A stretch of DNA of 14,741 bases from Azolla caroliniana (Eukaryota; Plantae; Polypodiophyta). The translations under genes were made by a program, and so were the position numbers. The notes under the pieces were generated by a model. It was not told the origin of the DNA. It worked only from the letters and a program-made list of their open reading frames with translations, and did no database searches. The stretch lies in assembly GCA_043228905.1 (NCBI GenBank), contig JBHGNT010000844.1:1-14741 (forward strand), in the 5' to 3' direction. Positions 10,455-14,741 of the stretch are shown here, one piece after another; within the stretch, counting starts at the first letter, position 1, and each line of letters starts with the position of its first letter.

Positions 10455-10479
10455 TCCCTCCCTTCTCTCTCTCTCTCTC
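10455..10479. repeat. Short pyrimidine/(CT)n tract downstream of the HRD1 stop
   Basis: TCCCTCCCTTCTCTCTCTCTCTCTC, followed by TTCCCAG at 10488-10494 (a possible acceptor). Confidence 0.6.
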
Positions 10480-12149
10480 AAAATTTGTTCCCAGATCCAT
10501 AACATGTTTCATGTTCCATCTTTTCTATCTCTCTGGCAGTTATTGTTTCATTGTAAAAAGGATGTGTAAGCTGTTTGGGTGAGTTCATGGGTTTTTTATT
10601 ATTTTATTTTTATTTCAGTTCAGCTGCGATATTTAGTATTGTAAAACGGGAAAGAAGAATTTTCCATGTTTAATAATTGTGAATCTTTGACATTCTACAT
10701 GTCCCACTGATTTCAACTGGTCTAGCATTGTAGAGAAGCTAGAAAGTTGCTAATAGAAAATGAGACTTTATCAGTGATGCGGATTTCAATACGAATGTTC
10801 TTTATTACCCGAGTAAATGTCAGCTTTTATGTGCTGCCTTGGCTACAAGTTCTGAATTTTTCTGTCTCTTTCCAAATCAGCATATAAAGTCAAAACTTAT
10901 TGTTGGAGACCTCATATCATAACTTGGCCTAGTGCGCATCTTTGAATGCAGCATGTCATGTACCTTGGAGGTAAAGAAAATTATCTGTGTTAGAATTTGA
11001 CCCTTTCACTAGGAACACTTCCAAGTGTTGAGATATTGCCTGCCTATTGTGTATCGTAATTGTATTTTGAAGTTCTTTGTTTTCTTTTTGCCCCTTCTGA
11101 ATTGCATATTTATCAATTGCATGGTAACACTAAGTGTGGATTATATTCCTTTTTAAAGGTTCACATCTTTACCATTGAGAAAAGGGAGCTTCAAGTTTTG
11201 CACACATGATAAGAAGAATCAATAAGAGTGAAAAGTCTGGCACGAAAATGGAGCATTTAAAAGCTTTAAGGTTGAAAGAAAGTGTAATTTGTTATCCTTC
11301 TTTATCAAAATGATATATGGTTTATATTTGGAAGTTTCAATATAATTTCATTAGATGTTGCGTGATAAATGTTGTAAATACAAGTGGGAGCATGTGCTAC
11401 TTGACCGTTAGGGAGAAATACAAAAAATGGAGATATGTTCATATGCATAAGCGAAGTGTCCTAAATATGGAGTTGGAAGTCTTTTTTCCTTTGCAATTCC
11501 TCAAAATGCATGTAGAATGATTTGGCTTGAACTGCTTACCAGCAAGGACAATGAATGATAAATCCAGTGGTGTACACGATGAAAACTAAAAAACTTAGCA
11601 TGATTGACTTGTTAACTAGCAGAAATTTTGGTTTAATGTAATTGCTATGTGATGAAGAGCTGTTTTGATGTGATTCTGAAGTATTAAACTTGATTGTCAT
11701 TCTATTTCTAAAGTAGGAAAAATATTCAAAGTATCATGCTATGCAGGATCAGAAAACAAAAAGATGGATCTTACAATTTATTTTAAATTGAAGTCAACAA
11801 TTTAATAAAATGGTCCAATCTTTGGAAATTATTGGCAAATATTATGATCAATCTTTTATTTTCTTCCTAGAAGCTAACCTTCTATATATCCAAGTCAAGC
11901 TAACCTTTCCAAATTTATTGTGTGAATAAGTAGAATGATGGTTAGAGTGCAGACTATATATGTTCATGAAGTTGGCATGTTTATTATGTTATTATCTTGG
12001 ATAATATAGAAGGCACCATCAATATGCTAATAATCATGTAATACTAGTATTTGTCATTGAAATAATGTTTTAACGTTTACATCATGTCACAACACATTAG
12101 GCTTTTTAATGAAGGTTAACATAACCATGAAAAGCAATGGTTTTGAATA

Positions 12150-12821
12150 ATCTAATTGAGCTGATGTTTCGAGTAATCCAATGATTGTATCAATGGTTTT
12201 GAGCAATTCAGATATGGACATTTGCCTTGTAGTTCCTATTGTTGTAGAAGCACCTTTCAACTCGTAGTCTTTATTCATAGGATACACAACCAACCACATG
12301 ATAGGATATCTCATCAAGTCTTTGAGGCATCTCAATCACTATATGAGTTTGGCTATACTAGTTCATGGTATGGCATGATGGTGAGTCTTGCAAACGGTCT
12401 AGACATTAATAACCTACTCCCCCTTGGGTACAACCACGCGATTGACAATACTTTAATCTCTCATGAGGATTGTAATAAAGTAATACACCAAGAAATATGG
12501 CAAATTTACACTTGGTATAAATGGATCACCCCACTAGAGCCACTCCCATCTAAAATGTTGTATTATAAGGAACACTTCATGCATTTCTCTAAGTTAGGTT
12601 TTATTACATGACCAAAATATCTAGATGCATTCTTACCAAATGCACTAAGGGTGGTCATTGGACAACTTAGAATATCATGTCACCAACTTGAGATTGAGAA
12701 TGGTCATACTAATGGAGTCCCTAGAGAGGAAAGGATATGTAGACTATGCCACATAGAGGTAGAGGATGAGTACCACTTTTCATGCAAGTGTCCAACTTAC
12801 GCCGAGATAAGGGCAAACTAA
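12150..12821 (+). mobile_element. Decayed, 5'-truncated non-LTR retrotransposon (LINE) fragment: ORF2 C-terminus with CCHC zinc finger; left boundary approximate
   Basis: Reading ORF 12222-12611 through its TGA continues PKYLDAFLPNALRVVIGQLRISCHQLEIENGHTNGVPREERICRLCHIEVEDEYHFSCKCPTYAEIRAN* (stop 12819-12821). RxSxHxLxIExG...PRxxRxCxxC...EDExHF..C..Y..IR is the characteristic post-RT end of LINE ORF2. It has an internal stop and an apparent upstream frameshift. Confidence 0.85.
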
Positions 12822-13434
12822 ACACGTCATATCTTGAGATGCATAATACCTTTTTTCCCCATTAATATATCATGCTTCAACAACTATGTAAAATGTATAC
12901 AATGTGAGTGATACCCCTCCACTTCATAGGCAAAAATATTCGTAGTTCCTTAAATGATCATGTGTGTGTCTAAGTTAATTTAACTTAAGAAGCTCGTGGG
13001 GCTATATGTTTGCATTGGGTGGAGAGATACGTGGTTTTATGTGTTATTGTGATTCTACCATTGGGAGTGACGCCCACAATCCATAGATTAGCCCATTAAT
13101 ACAATGTTTATCGTCCCCTAAAACAATATTATTCACAATCGCAAGAGAATAAATGTTGGTTGGAAAAGATTGGTTGGCTAGCACATGTGCATCTAAGAAA
13201 GGAGTTTGAAGGTGTTTAAAGAGGGTTTCGAGCTTGAGACCCTCGACACGAACCGCACCCAATTCATTTGCTCGTTAGGACATTCGAGAACACTAAAGAA
13301 GAAAAAGGGGGCGAGGGGCAGTTGTTGGAATTTAACAAAACCCAAGGAAATTGGGGGCATGCTCGCGAAATAAATATTTTTAATAACATGAAAAAACTGG
13401 CTCTTTGGTATGGGAATCAGCACCAGCTGCAGCT

Positions 13435-14310
13435 ATGGCCATGCCAAGCTTCTTCACTATTAGGGTTAGGGTTTGCGCTCCAACACAGAGCGTGGGGAAG
13501 CAGCAGAGCTTGCTCCCTCTTGTCCAGTGCTACTATCAGAAGTACAAGAGGAATACGCGGCGTAGTTTGATTTGTAAATCTTCCTCTTCTTCTTTCCTTT
13601 CACCCTCCTTGGAACGCAACAAATCAATTAACCCACGGTTTACTACTACCCCTGTATCCTGCACACAGAGGTCAATAAATGACCAATTGTTACGCCAACA
13701 AGGTGATGATGATGATGATTCGCTAAGTAGCCGATTTCTGAGTACCCTACATCTTATGTTCAGGTAAGAGAGAGAGTATAATTATGTTTTTAGAAAGTTG
13801 GTTCCTGAATATGCCACTCTTTTATTAAGTGTATGTTGTAACTTGTCAAATTGTTGCACCTGTTTTCTGTTTATTTTTGTAAATTGTGTTCACCAAAATG
13901 CACGCTTTGTTTTTGTTACGGGCACCGCCATATAATATCCCGTGGTAAGTTGTACCTAAGTTGTACCGTAGTATTCTACACACAAGGTGGTGCCCATATA
14001 ATATCCCGTGGTAAGTTGTACCTAAGTTGTACCGTAGTATTCTACACACAAGGATAACAGTTTTGCTGTTATTTATCCGACAACAGCAAAGAAAAAGAGG
14101 GAGATTATACATACGCTTATACACACAAAACATGATTCCTACTTGAATGACATTTGTCTTACTTATCGGATATCATGGTAACTTGGCCAAAAACAAAAAA
14201 ACAATGACATGTTACTCTGTCATTACAGGGATCTATTCAGTGGTCTTGTTTTCTTGTGGGAACAACCCGGAGAATTGAAATACTTGGAGTTCCCTTCACT
14301 GCAAAGTGCG
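13435..14310 (+). CDS. SECE2: Probable plastid inner-envelope Sec2 translocase subunit SECE2, 5' part; exons 13435-13763 and 14229-14310, continuing past the window end
   Basis: ATG in good context (GCTATGGCC) followed by an S/R/K-rich transit peptide. Strong donor CAG|GTAAG (13763/4), acceptor TTACAG| (14228) and next donor GCG|GTAATA (14310/1). Exon 2 encodes RDLFSGLVFLWEQPGELKYLEFPSLQSA, which resembles the EQPxQLKYIEWPSFxST segment I recall from plant SECE2. The TM-helix exon is not seen in the window. Confidence 0.72.
13914..14059. mobile_element. Miniature solo-LTR-like insertion (146 bp) in intron 1 of the SECE2-like gene
   Basis: Starts TGTTA (13914) and ends TAACA (14059), giving inverted TG...CA termini. 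It is flanked by an exact 5-bp TSD GTTTT (13909-13913 and 14060-14064). Confidence 0.65.
13928..14053 (+). repeat. Exact 60-bp direct repeat (13928-13987 and 13994-14053) separated by TGGTGC
   Basis: CCATATAATATCCCGTGGTAAGTTGTACCTAAGTTGTACCGTAGTATTCTACACACAAGG occurs twice; each copy contains an internal 11-bp tandem TAAGTTGTACC. Confidence 0.97.
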
Positions 14311-14741
14311 GTAATATGTTCAACTCTTTTTCTGGCTCTTTTACATAAACCGTTATTGGGTTTGAAGTAATTCTGGGATTTAAGTTGAGGAACGGAAGAA
14401 TTATTTGGACATTGATAGTAGCTTGGTTATAGCAAAAAAGAAAGTAATTACAGATAGTACCTGTTAATACTAAACCAGAAGGAAAAGAAGTAAATAGGAG
14501 AAGAGTCTATCTAAACTTGTACACACTAAGGAAACAAAGTAAGCATTTCTCACTAATATCAAATGAGCATGAATGCTGAAAATATGAATCTTATTTCAGA
14601 TAGATATGAATATCTTTACAATATATCTGTAGTCATTGAAAATGATTCAAGCCACTGTAGAAACTTTGAGAAAAACAAAACCAAACTATGGAAAGAGACA
14701 AAAGCTTTTTTCTTTCTATACTTTGCGTAAGAGACCTTTGT

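Noticed and set aside
10700-12100. AT-rich region after HRD1, including ORF 11317-11520
   Set aside because: No motif, repeat structure or exon chain was recognised.
13846-14133. ORFs with duplicated peptides, and a CRISPR-like reading of the 60-bp repeat
   Set aside because: Only two copies with a 6-nt spacer in a eukaryotic intron and no cas genes; explained by the internal duplication of the small insertion.

Overview
Eukaryotic land-plant nuclear DNA (AT-rich, GT-AG introns, plastid transit peptides); the lineage cannot be fixed from this window. It holds three intron-containing genes, spliced here by hand. (1) A complete 5-exon minus-strand DUF2301-type plastid membrane protein gene (5167->861, 321 aa). 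(2) Head-to-head with it, a 6-exon plus-strand ERAD E3 ubiquitin ligase HRD1 gene (7283-10230, ~496 aa, RING-H2). Its promoter has a perfect ERSE (CCAAT-N9-CCACG) overlapping a UPRE. (3) The first two exons of a probable plastid inner-envelope SECE2 gene (13435-14310, continuing beyond the window). Non-coding DNA contains a 215-bp hAT-type MITE with an 8-bp TSD, a 146-bp TG...CA solo-LTR-like insert with a 5-bp TSD and an exact internal 60-bp duplication, a decayed LINE ORF2 3' end, a diverged ~241-bp-period tandem duplication with tRNA/SINE-like features, telo-boxes and microsatellites. I found no convincing new multi-gene system; the best leads are these small elements and the HRD1 regulatory architecture. 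Most entries in the ORF track are exon fragments or spurious.
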